Shown: positions 40,068 through 50,369, counted from the first letter of the stretch. The stretch is DNA of 64,000 nucleotides from Candidatus Poribacteria bacterium (GCA_965215265.1 OZ244048.1:3328001-3392000), one strand, 5' to 3'. The notes: generated by a model not told the origin, from the letters alone. Numbers and translations are program-made.

Positions 40068-41111
40068 TTGATAAACGAAACGCGCCTAAAAACAGTTCTG
40101 AACAAATTTCGAGCCCTCAAACTACTTGTCATCGGGGATTTTTACCTTGATGCATACTGGTACATAGATAAAACGCGCTCGAGTCTCTCGCTGGAGACAC
40201 CTTGGCATACCAACCCTGTTGTCGCACAACGTTATAGCCCTGGGGCGGCGGGCACCGTCACAAATAACCTGAACGCATTAGGGGTAGGCAAGCTCTATAC
40301 ATTAGGTGTTATCGGGATAGATGGATTTGGACGGACTCTCCTGAGTTGCTTAAAAGAAAATGGCTGTACTACAGACTTTATGGTGCAGGCATCGAAATGG
40401 GTGACACCTACCTATCTCAAACCGATCCATCGTGGCTATGAAGGTGCGGAAACCGAGGGCCCGCGGTTTGATATTGAGAACCAAGCTCCGATGGCTGAAG
40501 CCATAGAGACCTCCGTAATCGATGCACTACAAGAATGTTTACCGCTTGTTGATGGGGTAATTATCGGAGATCAGACACCGCATGAGAACTTGGGGGTTAT
40601 TACCAACAACGTGAGAGAAGAGCTCTGCCGCCTCTCCCGGAAACACCGGGAAAAAATCTTTTTCGCTGATTCCCGTACGCGGATTGGTAGGTACCGAGAC
40701 GTTATCATTAAACCCAACCGATTTGAGGCGAAACGTTCTGTTGAACCTTTGTGGGAAGGAAGAGATGTTAGCAGAGAAGCGGCAGCAGATTGCGCGCGAG
40801 CCCTTGCACGACAAACGAAGAATACCGTATACGTTACACTTGGTGAAGATGGCATTCTTGTCTGCTATCAGGGCAAGTTGACGCACGTCCCCGGCATTCG
40901 GCTTGATTGCGAAACCGATCCGGTAGGTGCAGGGGACAGCGTTTCTGCTGGACTCGTTTCGACGCTCTGTACTCTCGGTGTAGAATCGGCGATTGAGGCA
41001 GCGTACATCGGAAATCTGGTTGCGTCAATTACCGTCACAAAACTTGGAAGCACCGGCATTGCATCTCCTGAAGAAATCCTCCAACGCCATCGGAGTTATA
41101 TAAACCCATGA
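40068..41111 (+). CDS. PfkB family kinase (RfaE/HldE kinase-domain-like)
   Basis: LVIGDFYLD, PGAAG.V, KPNRFE, VTLGEDG, DPVGAGD. Confidence 0.88.
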   Translation: MINETRLKTVLNKFRALKLLVIGDFYLDAYWYIDKTRSSLSLETPWHTNPVVAQRYSPGAAGTVTNNLNALGVGKLYTLGVIGIDGFGRTLLSCLKENGCTTDFMVQASKWVTPTYLKPIHRGYEGAETEGPRFDIENQAPMAEAIETSVIDALQECLPLVDGVIIGDQTPHENLGVITNNVREELCRLSRKHREKIFFADSRTRIGRYRDVIIKPNRFEAKRSVEPLWEGRDVSREAAADCARALARQTKNTVYVTLGEDGILVCYQGKLTHVPGIRLDCETDPVGAGDSVSAGLVSTLCTLGVESAIEAAYIGNLVASITVTKLGSTGIASPEEILQRHRSYINP

Positions 41112-41881
41112 ACGTTTTTGATGCGATTAGACAACGACGTAGCCATCGCGGTAAATTTCATGAACGCGCCATTGATGAGAACGACCTCGGCAAGTTAATT
41201 GAAGCAGCTCAATGGGCACCTTCACCGTTTAATGTTCAACCGTGGGAACTGCTCATTATTCGGGAAGCTAAAGGAAAAGCGCAGCTCGCGAATCTTACAG
41301 AACAGGCTATTGTCGCCCAATTCAAGGATGCCAAGTTTCTGGATGATAATAGCCGGTGGATACGTCTCACCGAAACCGAATGGCAGAAGAATCAGGATGG
41401 TGTGCTCCTCAGCGAACATGTCACGTTGCCCAAGTTCCTTCAAGATTCTCCGGAGAAGCTAAGACTGCTGCTAAAAAATGCAAAATCCTTGACGGTTTTA
41501 GGACATTTAGGCGCAGGAAAAATGCCTGCGAGAGAAATTGCAGAACAGGTTCGCAACGCGCCAATGCTCATGCTTGTTACCATGAATTGCGAGCGGCATC
41601 CCCCGGGTGAAGGTGCTACCCGCTGGATGTGGCTCAGCATCGGGATGTTGATTCAGAACCTGCTGCTCTCTGCCACTGCACTCGGTATTGGGGTTCAGTT
41701 TATAAGCGCGCCTTTAGAAAGCACAGCACACCGCGATAAAATCCGTCAGTTTTTCAATATGCCTGCATCTCACGAAGTGATGACGCTGCTAAGGCTCGGC
41801 TACACTGGTGAAGACAGACGGCAGTCTGTTAGATTAAATCCATCAGCATTTGTGCATTTCGAGAAACGAAGTAGCATGTAG
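41108..41881 (+). CDS. Nitroreductase family protein
   Basis: AIRQRRS.R, APSPFNVQPW, QNLLLSATALGIG. Confidence 0.9.
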   Translation: MNVFDAIRQRRSHRGKFHERAIDENDLGKLIEAAQWAPSPFNVQPWELLIIREAKGKAQLANLTEQAIVAQFKDAKFLDDNSRWIRLTETEWQKNQDGVLLSEHVTLPKFLQDSPEKLRLLLKNAKSLTVLGHLGAGKMPAREIAEQVRNAPMLMLVTMNCERHPPGEGATRWMWLSIGMLIQNLLLSATALGIGVQFISAPLESTAHRDKIRQFFNMPASHEVMTLLRLGYTGEDRRQSVRLNPSAFVHFEKRSSM

Positions 41882-41930
41882 TTATCCCAATATACGGTTA
41901 AGGTAGTGTAAACAGCCTAGCTTTGAACGA

Positions 41931-42044
41931 TTATTGATTTTGCAACAATTCTTTCAACGCTGCTTTCTTCTTTTTCAACCGCCGTTTCTGACGGTGGCGG
42001 ATTTGGGTCCGACGCCGGACCTGGCCGCTTTTACTGCGTGGCAT
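41931..42044 (-). CDS. Unannotated 37-aa basic protein MPRSKSGQVRRRTQIRHRQKRRLKKKKAALKELLQNQ
   Basis: Manual translation; strong GAAAGGAGGG RBS; below the ORF-track size cutoff. Confidence 0.7.
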   Translation of the reverse strand: MPRSKSGQVRRRTQIRHRQKRRLKKKKAALKELLQNQ

Positions 42045-42113
42045 AGCATTCCCTCCTTTCTTGTCCTCGCGGTGGGCAGAATGTCTCCTTTTTCATGAAG
42101 ACCTCCGTGACAG

Positions 42114-43439
42114 TCAAGCTTTAAGTCTAATAGTTTTGGCGAGGTACATCAGTGCCGATTTACACTGTGATTCAACCTCATTCATGGCAACAGTAAGTTC
42201 TGGTTCGGAACATGCTTGTAAGTGGAGCCGATCATCGGTAACTATTATGTCGTAAGTAGACTTGACATTGGCAAATCTAATTTGCTTCTCCGTTTCATCC
42301 TCTAACGTAAACGCCGGATCTACTTCAAAAATTTCTCTGATTGCCAAACCGTGGAAATTTTTGTACAATGCATGCGCGGAAAAGGTGTCAGACGAGTTTT
42401 CCTCTGATGGAACATCTGGATGTGGTGGATGCGTATCGCTCATAGAGGCCGGTGGAGATTCTGGCGTGTCTGCTAATGGCAATTTTTTATCATCAGATGC
42501 AGTTTCCTCGGTTACAATGCTCCGTGATATTTCAGATTCCAGTTTTTGTGAAAAAACAGCAGACCTAGGTAAATCTTTCTCCGCTTCAATATAGTCAAGT
42601 TGGTTTTCAGCAATTTTCGAAAAGGCAGGCAGCGCGTCAGTTTTTTTCTCCGGTTCGGAACCGGCAATTTCTGATTGGTTCCTCAACTCCACCGTCATTT
42701 CTTCTGTGATGTCAATTTCATTGTAGTCAGTCACCTCTTCGTATTCCAAAACATTTGAAATGATGTGTTTGACATCTTCGCGTGCCTCCATCATCGTATT
42801 TGGTTCTGTGACAATCTGTCGTAGTGTTTGAATGCCAATAGATTGGATTAGTGGGTGAAATACCAGCATTTCTGGTGGGGCGACTTCAAAAATTGAGCGT
42901 GCGACGCGAGCGACTTTCGCCATTTCGCGGTTCCTCTCAAGTTTGAGGCGTGTTTCACAGCCCCTTAACGCTCGAATTAATTCCTGCATAAACTCAGGTG
43001 TCACGAGATGGGGAAGGATTTGGGTTCGGAAATGTTCACAGGCACGTTCCGCTTGTTCCATTTGTTGTATCTGTTTCGCGCGTTCATGCATGACTTGTGC
43101 GAGCGGATCTAAAGCAGAACTCGTCTCTCTCAATTCAAGCAGCTCATTCGACTCTGTTAAAGACGTGTTCTCCTGGGATGTCTCATAGTCGTCAAGAAGA
43201 TCTGTCACCCAGGTGTACATCAAGTCAAAATCGAAATGTACATTTTCGAGTTCGGGTTCGTTGAGTAGTTCACGGCTCTGCGATATGCAAAGGTGTAACT
43301 GTTCCTTCTCTGACCTCTCATAAGGAAGTCTACGCTGCTTTTCTATTGCGATTTGTTTTTGCCGGGATTTCCGGTCGCGATTGCGCTTTTCACGTTTCCG
43401 GGCAACATTCGCGGTCCTACGTCCCTTTTTTTTTGCCAT
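42114..43439 (-). CDS. Hypothetical protein with basic N-terminus and acidic low-complexity linker
   Basis: 441-aa ORF starting MAKKKGRR... Confidence 0.75.
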   Translation of the reverse strand: MAKKKGRRTANVARKREKRNRDRKSRQKQIAIEKQRRLPYERSEKEQLHLCISQSRELLNEPELENVHFDFDLMYTWVTDLLDDYETSQENTSLTESNELLELRETSSALDPLAQVMHERAKQIQQMEQAERACEHFRTQILPHLVTPEFMQELIRALRGCETRLKLERNREMAKVARVARSIFEVAPPEMLVFHPLIQSIGIQTLRQIVTEPNTMMEAREDVKHIISNVLEYEEVTDYNEIDITEEMTVELRNQSEIAGSEPEKKTDALPAFSKIAENQLDYIEAEKDLPRSAVFSQKLESEISRSIVTEETASDDKKLPLADTPESPPASMSDTHPPHPDVPSEENSSDTFSAHALYKNFHGLAIREIFEVDPAFTLEDETEKQIRFANVKSTYDIIVTDDRLHLQACSEPELTVAMNEVESQCKSALMYLAKTIRLKA

Positions 43440-43678
43440 GGAAGTATCTTTTATTGAAGTTGTACGAAATTCTGTTTAAATCGTATCCATTTACTGCACA
43501 GGCAGTCCGTGTCCCTAAATCCGACTCCAACTGAAACATAAGGCATAAGGTAAAAAGACGTTATGAAAACAAAACACGGCAGCCAATGTGCATCAACACG
43601 GATAGAAAAAGAAAATTGGAATCGGGGAATTGCAACCTACCCCGACGGACTTTACATATCAACTCTCTGATATTTTTA

Positions 43679-43708
43679 AGTATATATGAAAAAGAAATGG
43701 ATTGTCAA
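43679..43708 (-). promoter_or_regulatory. Sigma70 promoter
   Basis: TTGACA-18 nt-TATACT. Confidence 0.55.
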
Positions 43709-44189
43709 GTTTTTTTTGCAAAGCACGCGAATTGCAATCCTATGTTGCAAATTTCTACCACAATTTAACAAAATATATAGAAAAAAGTTTTAGAGTGGCA
43801 TATTCGATATACTACATGCTATTATTAACGTAACGTGAGTGCTGCGTAGATTCAGAGGAGGTTTCTTCCTTGATATAGAGACACCGTCCACACCGTCCAC
43901 ACCGCCGCGATGTTGAAAAAAGGTTGTTAGATTTCGGTGACACTTGCGGAGCAGAGTGCTTGGAGGTGCAAGATTTACTTGGATGGAAACAAATGAGTAT
44001 ATTCATGACTTCACGGGTATGTGGGCTTAGCACGCCAGCATCTTTTTTCACTGATGGATACCGGAAGTTGAAAGGGCATCTATTTTTCAGAACACGCCTC
44101 TCTTTTATCGAATTCACATTAACGTAGAATTTTCCTACTAAACATTGATAGGAGCATCGACAGAAATTGTCTACGAACGGAAAATAGAA

Positions 44190-45032
44190 ATGCCTAAACT
44201 AAAGAACGAGCCGGCGTACGCCTTAGGGAGAACCGAGCATGAAACGAGGCGGCTCATTGCACAGTCGAAAATTTATGGAGGTGCGACCTGGCACCTTTTG
44301 AAGGACTCTGGTATAGCAAGCGGGATGAAGGTCCTTGATATCGGGAGTGGTGCAGGCGATGTTGCGTTGATGCTCGGCGAATTTGTTGGACAGCAGGGAC
44401 AGGTGATAGGTGTAGATGTTAACGCCGCAATTCTTGAAACCGCCCGGCAGCGCGCAGCAAAAGCAGGGGTGACAAACGTTGAATTCATCGCTGGAGATGC
44501 ACGAACACTTAACCTTGACACGGACTTTGATGCAATTGTAGGTAGATTTGTGCTGATGTACATGGCGGATGCTGTTGATGCGTTGAAAAATCTCATAACC
44601 CACCTACGTCCTGGAGGGATTGTCGCTGTTCAGGAACCGGAATACACTGCCTACCGCCTACTTTTACATCCGGATACCCCTTTGATGAACCAACTCATTA
44701 CGTGGATTTGCTCCGTATTTGAATCCTCCGGAGCGCATCTTGACCTGGGTATTGGCCTTTACCGGGTTTTTGTTGAAGCAGGATTGCCTGAACCTACTAT
44801 GCAATTTGAGGCACCTATCGGGGCGGCGGCAACCTGGGAAGGATACCAATACATGGCGACTATTTTTGAGAGTCTCCTCCCGCTCTTAGAAAAATATGGG
44901 CTTGCAACCGCTGAGCAAGTTGATGTGGAAACTCTTGCCGACCGGATACGGCAGGAAGTGACTGTGGCAAAACGCCCCTTCTTTTTACCATTACATGTTT
45001 CTGCATACGCACAGCATGTGAAAAAGATTTGA
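44190..45032 (+). CDS. Class I SAM-dependent methyltransferase
   Basis: YALGR...E..RL..Q, VLDIGSGAGDV, FDAIVGRFVLMY, LRPGG. Confidence 0.9.
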   Translation: MPKLKNEPAYALGRTEHETRRLIAQSKIYGGATWHLLKDSGIASGMKVLDIGSGAGDVALMLGEFVGQQGQVIGVDVNAAILETARQRAAKAGVTNVEFIAGDARTLNLDTDFDAIVGRFVLMYMADAVDALKNLITHLRPGGIVAVQEPEYTAYRLLLHPDTPLMNQLITWICSVFESSGAHLDLGIGLYRVFVEAGLPEPTMQFEAPIGAAATWEGYQYMATIFESLLPLLEKYGLATAEQVDVETLADRIRQEVTVAKRPFFLPLHVSAYAQHVKKI

Positions 45033-45106
45033 CATGTTCCTTAAAAATATGTTAAAATAAATTTACTTGTTACCTTTTAATTTAGCGAAAGAAAAAGGAT
45101 TTTAGG

Positions 45107-45135
45107 TTGCGCACTCAATTAAAATGTGGTATAAT
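45107..45135 (+). promoter_or_regulatory. Sigma70 promoter of the rpsF operon
   Basis: TTGCGC-17 nt-TATAAT with TG; a second candidate TTGACA..TAAAAT lies near 45029. Confidence 0.65.
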
Positions 45136-45201
45136 TGTATAGTACTAAACTTGAAAAATGATTTAAGAGACTTTGACTACCAGGTCGAATATATCGATTA
45201 A

Positions 45202-45258
45202 TCTCTGCTCCCTGTAAATCCTTCCATTAGCAGTGGAGCCGTCAGTTCGAAGAGAGGC
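45202..45258 (+). ncRNA. S6:S18-binding ribosomal leader
   Basis: TCTCT-GCTCC...GGAGC-CG...AGAGA-GG: stem followed by CCG, with outer pairing over the RBS, directly before rpsF. Confidence 0.65.
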
Positions 45259-45266
45259 ATTTAATT

Positions 45267-45602
45267 TTGAAACCATACGAACTCTTGCTTATCATTACCC
45301 CTGAGCATGATGATAGTGAAGCAGAAGCCTTGAGCGAAAATGTTCAGAGCCTTATCAAAAATGGTGGAACGCTTTTAAAGGTGGATGCTTGGGGAAAGAG
45401 GCGGTTCGCCTATCCGATTCAGAAACGCACTGAAGGTTATTACGTGCTCTATATCTTTGAAAGCGCGCCGAGTTTCATTGCGGAATTAAATCAGTCGCTG
45501 CGCGTGATTGAACCTATTATGCGCTATATGATTGTCCGTTACGAAGGCGACGTTGCGCAGTTGAAAGCTTCAGCAGCTGAAGTTGAGGGTGATGATAGTT
45601 AA
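45267..45602 (+). CDS. rpsF: 30S ribosomal protein S6
   Basis: YELLLI..P, WGKRRFAYPIQK..EGYY, IMRYMIVR. Confidence 0.95.
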   Translation: MKPYELLLIITPEHDDSEAEALSENVQSLIKNGGTLLKVDAWGKRRFAYPIQKRTEGYYVLYIFESAPSFIAELNQSLRVIEPIMRYMIVRYEGDVAQLKASAAEVEGDDS

Positions 45603-45814
45603 AAAAATATAGTGCTCAGCGTAAAGAATTAGCACATGAAGATTTAATTTCGCCTGCTACGTGCAGGATTTTATCGCGAGCGGAATATGTACTTTCCCGC
45701 CACGCGCGGAATCTAATTAAATTAACGGAAACGGCCAAAAATCTCTAATGAGATGCGTCCAGGAATCTGCACGTCACATTGGCCTTCTCGCTTCCTGCGA
45801 AAAAAGGAGCAATC

Positions 45815-46267
45815 ATGGCAAGCTACAATAGGGTCATTCTAATGGGAAATCTCACCCGGGACCCTGAGATGAAATATCTACCGAGCGGGGCTGCTGTTAC
45901 GAATTTCGGCATCGCTATGAATGAGCGATATACCGACCGGCAAACCGGAGAACAGAAGGAGAGTGCTTGTTTTGTTGATGTAGAGGCTTGGGGCAGACAA
46001 GCTGAAATAGCGAACGAGTACTTGACAAAGGGGCGACCTGTCTTCATTGAAGGGTCTCTTAAGTTTGACTCTTGGGAAACTGAAGATGGGAGTAGGCGGA
46101 GCCGGCTTTCGGTTCGCGCCTTTCGTATCCAATTCCTGGGAGGGCGTCCGGATGATGCCGAGACGGGCGGTGGGTACGCTGAAGCACAGCCCGCGGCTTC
46201 ACCGACAGTGCAAGCACCGATAGAAGATGCGGCACCCTCGACTACAGAGGATGACATCCCATTTTAA
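45815..46267 (+). CDS. ssb: Single-stranded DNA-binding protein
   Basis: NRVILMGNLTRDPE; C-terminal DDIPF. Confidence 0.97.
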   Translation: MASYNRVILMGNLTRDPEMKYLPSGAAVTNFGIAMNERYTDRQTGEQKESACFVDVEAWGRQAEIANEYLTKGRPVFIEGSLKFDSWETEDGSRRSRLSVRAFRIQFLGGRPDDAETGGGYAEAQPAASPTVQAPIEDAAPSTTEDDIPF

Positions 46268-46289
46268 GAACGCATCTCGTACAAACGTT

Positions 46290-46344
46290 CTTCCAATCAA
46301 CTGTAAAGGCGGGTAGCAGATCTGGCTTTACAGTTGATTGGAAG
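46290..46344. repeat. 19-bp perfect inverted repeat between ssb and rpsR
   Basis: CTTCCAATCAACTGTAAAG / CTTTACAGTTGATTGGAAG. Confidence 0.85.
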
Positions 46345-46440
46345 GGAAGGCTAAAACTGTTTTAATGGGTTTGTGAGCATAGGTGTGTGCATTCCAAATA
46401 GATTGTGTCGCTTCCTATAACCAAAAAAGGAGAAATTTCT

Positions 46441-46641
46441 ATGGCATTCCGACGCAGACAACGTTTTGGTAAATTAGAATCTGTGGATTATAAAGATGTT
46501 GATACGTTGAGAAAATTTATTAACGAACGTGGAAAAATTGTGAGTCGCCGGGTTACGGGCTTATCTGCGAAGCAACAGCGAATGGTTAAACAGGCTGTCA
46601 AACGTGCGCGGAACATGGCACTTTTGCCGTTTACGCGATAA
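46441..46641 (+). CDS. rpsR: 30S ribosomal protein S18 (cysteine-free form)
   Basis: VDYKDV..LRKFI.ERGKI..RR.TG, AVKRAR..ALLPF. Confidence 0.95.
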   Translation: MAFRRRQRFGKLESVDYKDVDTLRKFINERGKIVSRRVTGLSAKQQRMVKQAVKRARNMALLPFTR

Positions 46642-46716
46642 TCTCGACATCCTCAGGCCGGGTGTGCAATGAGCGACAACCGCCCTGAGAAGACTAACAT
46701 GCTTAGGAAGTTAATT

Positions 46717-47169
46717 ATGGAAGTTATATTAAAAAAAAGCATTGAAGGGCTCGGAGTCCCGGGTGATGTTTTAAAGGTAGCAGATGGGTACGCCCGAAAT
46801 TACCTACTGCCCATGCAGCTGGCGGTGCATGCAACCGAACGGAATCGCCGGCATTTTGAACACGAAAAACGGGTGATCGATCAGCAGGAATCTAAGGATC
46901 GGGAACGCGCCCGCGAGATTGCCGGACAGATAGCCGGTGTCACGTGTAATCTCCGCAGACGTGCGGGTGAAAATGATAGACTTTTCGGTTCTGTCACATC
47001 TATGGATATCTTGGAATTACTGCGTGTAGAAGGATTTGATTTAGAGCGACGGACGATCGACCTGACAAATCCTATTCGTGAACTTGGCGTATTCATGGTG
47101 CCGGTTAAGTTACACACAGATGTCGTCGTTGAGCTCCGGGTGGTTGTTGAACGTGAAACTGAAGAGTAA
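46717..47169 (+). CDS. rplI: 50S ribosomal protein L9
   Basis: MEVIL...GLG..GD...VADGYARNYLLP, LFGSVT. Confidence 0.95.
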   Translation: MEVILKKSIEGLGVPGDVLKVADGYARNYLLPMQLAVHATERNRRHFEHEKRVIDQQESKDRERAREIAGQIAGVTCNLRRRAGENDRLFGSVTSMDILELLRVEGFDLERRTIDLTNPIRELGVFMVPVKLHTDVVVELRVVVERETEE

Positions 47170-47242
47170 CAGTGGCCGCGGCTGCCCTTAAAGACTTGGG
47201 GGCGGATTGTCCTAGTCCTAATTCCAAATATCAGGGTGGTGT

Positions 47243-48580
47243 ATGCAGGTAGAAGGGATTGAACCTCTTTCAGACAAGGAAGCAGAACAAGCTGTGCTGG
47301 GTGCAATGATGACAGAAAAGTCAGTCATTCCCCGGGTTGTTGCTTTGCTTGGGCATACCCCGGATGCCTTTTTTACCACAGATCATCAGTTAATCTACAC
47401 AGCGATTCTGTCAGTCTATGAACGGGTCAGCAAAGTGGATCCGCTGCTGGTAGCGAACGAACTCAATCGTACGAGTCAATTGAACCGTACTGGCGGTGCT
47501 GACTATCTCTATCAGCTGCAAGCCCCTATTGTAGAGACGGAAAGTACAGAATTTTACGCGGAGATCCTTCATGAAAAATCAACGCGCCGGCGATTAACTT
47601 ATGCAAGTGGGCAGATTCGAGAACTTGCACAAGATGAAGATATAGAGCTCGCAGAGGTCTTAAATCAAGCACAGGAGGCTGTCTTTGAGTTAGGGCAAAG
47701 TGACGCACAAAGGGGATTTGCGGCAATCCGGCCGTTACTGACGCAGAGCATTGATGCAATTGAAAAGCTTTATCACAAAAAGGATCGATTCCTTGGCGTT
47801 CCAACGGGGTTTATGGATTTCGATGTGATGACCTCTGGATTGCAGCCTGGCAATTTTATCATTATTGCAGCGCGGCCGAGTATGGGAAAAACAACGTTGG
47901 TGCTGAATATAGCCCAGAACATCGCGTTGGAACAGGAGCGTCCGGTTGCTATCTTTAGCCTTGAAATGCCTGCGCAGGATGTTGTTATGCGGATGCTCTC
48001 TGCGGAATCACAGATAGATTTCGGCAGACTTCGTACCGGTAAGTTTAGTGAAGATTATTGGCGTCCACTCACTGAAGGTGCGGGCCGATTAGCAGAAGCC
48101 CCTATCCTGATTAATGACAACCGTGGATTAACCGCTCAAAGTTTGCGTGCTGAAGGCCGTCGGCTGAAAGGTGAACACGAGAATCTGGCTCTAATTATCG
48201 TTGATTATCTACAACTCCTGAGAGGAACAGGCAGATATACTGCACGCGAGCAGGAGATTTCAGAAATCTCCCGGTCGTTGAAAGTACTCGCCTGGGAATT
48301 AAACGTCCCTATCATTGCATGTTCGCAGCTGAGCCGTGAAGTTGAACGTCGCCCGGACAAACAGCCACAACTCTCTGATTTACGTGAGTCTGGCGCGATT
48401 GAACAGGACGCAGACCTTGTTGCTTTTCTGTATCGTGACGACTATTACCAAGATGAGACACACGATGAAGATAGGGTTGAAGCCAATTTGCTAATAAAAA
48501 AGCAGCGGAACGGACCTACAGGGACGGTCGTCCTCTATTTTAGCAAAAAGCAGATGCGATTTGAGAATGCCAGTTATTAA
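47243..48580 (+). CDS. dnaB: Replicative DNA helicase
   Basis: AARPSMGKT, FSLEM, VDYLQL, SQLSR, SDLRESGAIEQDAD, KQRNGP. Confidence 0.97.
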   Translation: MQVEGIEPLSDKEAEQAVLGAMMTEKSVIPRVVALLGHTPDAFFTTDHQLIYTAILSVYERVSKVDPLLVANELNRTSQLNRTGGADYLYQLQAPIVETESTEFYAEILHEKSTRRRLTYASGQIRELAQDEDIELAEVLNQAQEAVFELGQSDAQRGFAAIRPLLTQSIDAIEKLYHKKDRFLGVPTGFMDFDVMTSGLQPGNFIIIAARPSMGKTTLVLNIAQNIALEQERPVAIFSLEMPAQDVVMRMLSAESQIDFGRLRTGKFSEDYWRPLTEGAGRLAEAPILINDNRGLTAQSLRAEGRRLKGEHENLALIIVDYLQLLRGTGRYTAREQEISEISRSLKVLAWELNVPIIACSQLSREVERRPDKQPQLSDLRESGAIEQDADLVAFLYRDDYYQDETHDEDRVEANLLIKKQRNGPTGTVVLYFSKKQMRFENASY

Positions 48581-48686
48581 ATGGCATGAGAGCTCATCGT
48601 AACGCTGGCTAAGATGGTTCTGATGAGATGGAGCGAGAAAGGTAGACGCGAGAACGAACGTCGATATCGCGAACGCGTACAAAAAT

Positions 48687-49511
48687 ATGAATCATCAACC
48701 GATGCCAGATGAATTCTCAAAGGGGTTTAGGTTTTCACTGAAAATTCGATTGTATCATGCCCTCTCCGAGATAGGGCATGCATTTACGTTATTTTTCCAA
48801 ACGCTTGTTCAGATTTTCCTGCCGCCCTTTCAGTTTGATTTGCTGACTAAGCAGTTACTGCTAATCGGATTTAACTCCCTATCTGTAGTTCTTGTTTCAG
48901 GATTTTTCACGGGGATGGTGCTCGGAATTCAGGGTTACATTCAATTGAAGCCGTACGCCGTGGAAGGCTCTGTTGCGCGATTTGTCTGTGTGTCTGTAGT
49001 AAAGGAACTCGGACCAATGATTACGGCATTTGTCCTTGCCGGGCGAATTGGTGCCTCAATTACTGCTGAGCTTTCAACAATGAAAGTTACAGAGCAAATT
49101 GATGCGCTTGAGGTGATGGGCACCAACCCTATCAAATATCTGGTTGTGCCGCGATTTCTCGCTTGTTCTATCATGCTCCCGACTCTTACTGTCTTCTCAA
49201 CGTTCGCAGGAATTGCAGGTGGGTTTATCGCCGTTGTGTCTCTATTTGATGTAAACGGCTATTTTTTTTTATTAGAGGTGCAGCGGAATCTGTTTGTGGC
49301 GAGCGTTCTTGTTAGTTTAATCAAGGCAACATCCTTCGGCATGGCTATCGCAGCAATCGGTTGTTACAAAGGATTCAGTATCTCAACTGCCGGTGGTGCA
49401 GAGGGTGTTGGTGTCGCGACAACGGGTTCTGCGGTAATTTCCTTGATAACAATCTTGGTATTAGATTTTGTCCTAAACCATATTCTGTTTAATATGTTGG
49501 GATGGGTATGA
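48687..49511 (+). CDS. mlaE: MlaE family ABC permease
   Basis: ELGP.ITA..LAGRIGA..TAEL..MKVTEQIDAL..MG..P..YLVVPR. Confidence 0.93.
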   Translation: MNHQPMPDEFSKGFRFSLKIRLYHALSEIGHAFTLFFQTLVQIFLPPFQFDLLTKQLLLIGFNSLSVVLVSGFFTGMVLGIQGYIQLKPYAVEGSVARFVCVSVVKELGPMITAFVLAGRIGASITAELSTMKVTEQIDALEVMGTNPIKYLVVPRFLACSIMLPTLTVFSTFAGIAGGFIAVVSLFDVNGYFFLLEVQRNLFVASVLVSLIKATSFGMAIAAIGCYKGFSISTAGGAEGVGVATTGSAVISLITILVLDFVLNHILFNMLGWV

Positions 49512-49583
49512 AAAGCGTCATCGAGGCCTCTCCAACAATTTACACGCACCGTGCGTTCATAACTGCAATACGATACGAAAAAT

Positions 49584-50369
49584 ATGATCTCTGTGAGGAA
49601 CATCAAAAAAGACTTTGATGGAAAAAACGTTTTAAATGGACTGAGCATTGAGGTTCCACGGGGTGAAACGCTCGTGATTATGGGACGTAGTGGATGTGGC
49701 AAGAGTGTACTGCTCAAGATTATAACCGGGCTCCTCTCTGCTGATTCGGGTGAAATTTGGTTTGAAGGGACAGAAATCTCAAATCTCAATGCAAAAAAAC
49801 TCAATATGATTCGTCGGAAAATTGGAATGCTTTTTCAGTCTTCAGCCTTATTTGACTCGATGACAGTCTCGGAGAACGTTGCGTTTATGCTGGACCAGCA
49901 TACAAACCTCAGTAAATCGGAAATAAGGAAGGTTGTGGATGAGAAGCTCAGCCTGGTTGATTTAGATGGCGTTCAGCAATTGCGACCTGCAGAGCTCAGC
50001 GGCGGAATGCGAAAACGCGTTGGGCTCGCGCGTGCCCTCGCGTTTAGCCCTGAAGTGATTCTCTACGATGAACCGACAACCGGGCTTGACCCGGTCACAT
50101 GCAGCGAAATTAATCAACTCATTTGCAACCTGCATCAAAAACTACAAGTCACATCGGTTGTCGTGACGCACGATATGCATAGTGCCTTCAGTGTAGCAAC
50201 CCGGATGGTCATGATCCATGAAGGCAAGCAGCTTGCCTATGGAAGCCCAACCCAGATTAGAAACATGGATGACCCGATTTTACAACAGTTTATCTTGTTT
50301 GGTGCCCCAGATCAGATCCTCAACACAAGAAATCCAGTTTTACAAGAATTTATTAGGAGAGATACATGA
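49584..50369 (+). CDS. mlaF: MlaF family ABC ATPase
   Basis: GRSGCGKS, FQSSALFDS, LSGGMRKR, LYDEPTTGLDP. Confidence 0.93.
   Translation: MISVRNIKKDFDGKNVLNGLSIEVPRGETLVIMGRSGCGKSVLLKIITGLLSADSGEIWFEGTEISNLNAKKLNMIRRKIGMLFQSSALFDSMTVSENVAFMLDQHTNLSKSEIRKVVDEKLSLVDLDGVQQLRPAELSGGMRKRVGLARALAFSPEVILYDEPTTGLDPVTCSEINQLICNLHQKLQVTSVVVTHDMHSAFSVATRMVMIHEGKQLAYGSPTQIRNMDDPILQQFILFGAPDQILNTRNPVLQEFIRRDT

Noticed and set aside
43855-44127. GAGGAGG RBS, CACCGTCCA tandem repeat and an ORF interrupted by TAG (possible readthrough)
   Set aside because: Only ~2.5 repeat copies, no recognisable protein and no pyrrolysine context
45750-46278. GAGATGCGT / ACGCATCTC inverted pair flanking ssb
   Set aside because: A 9-bp match over ~500 bp is too weak without conservation data
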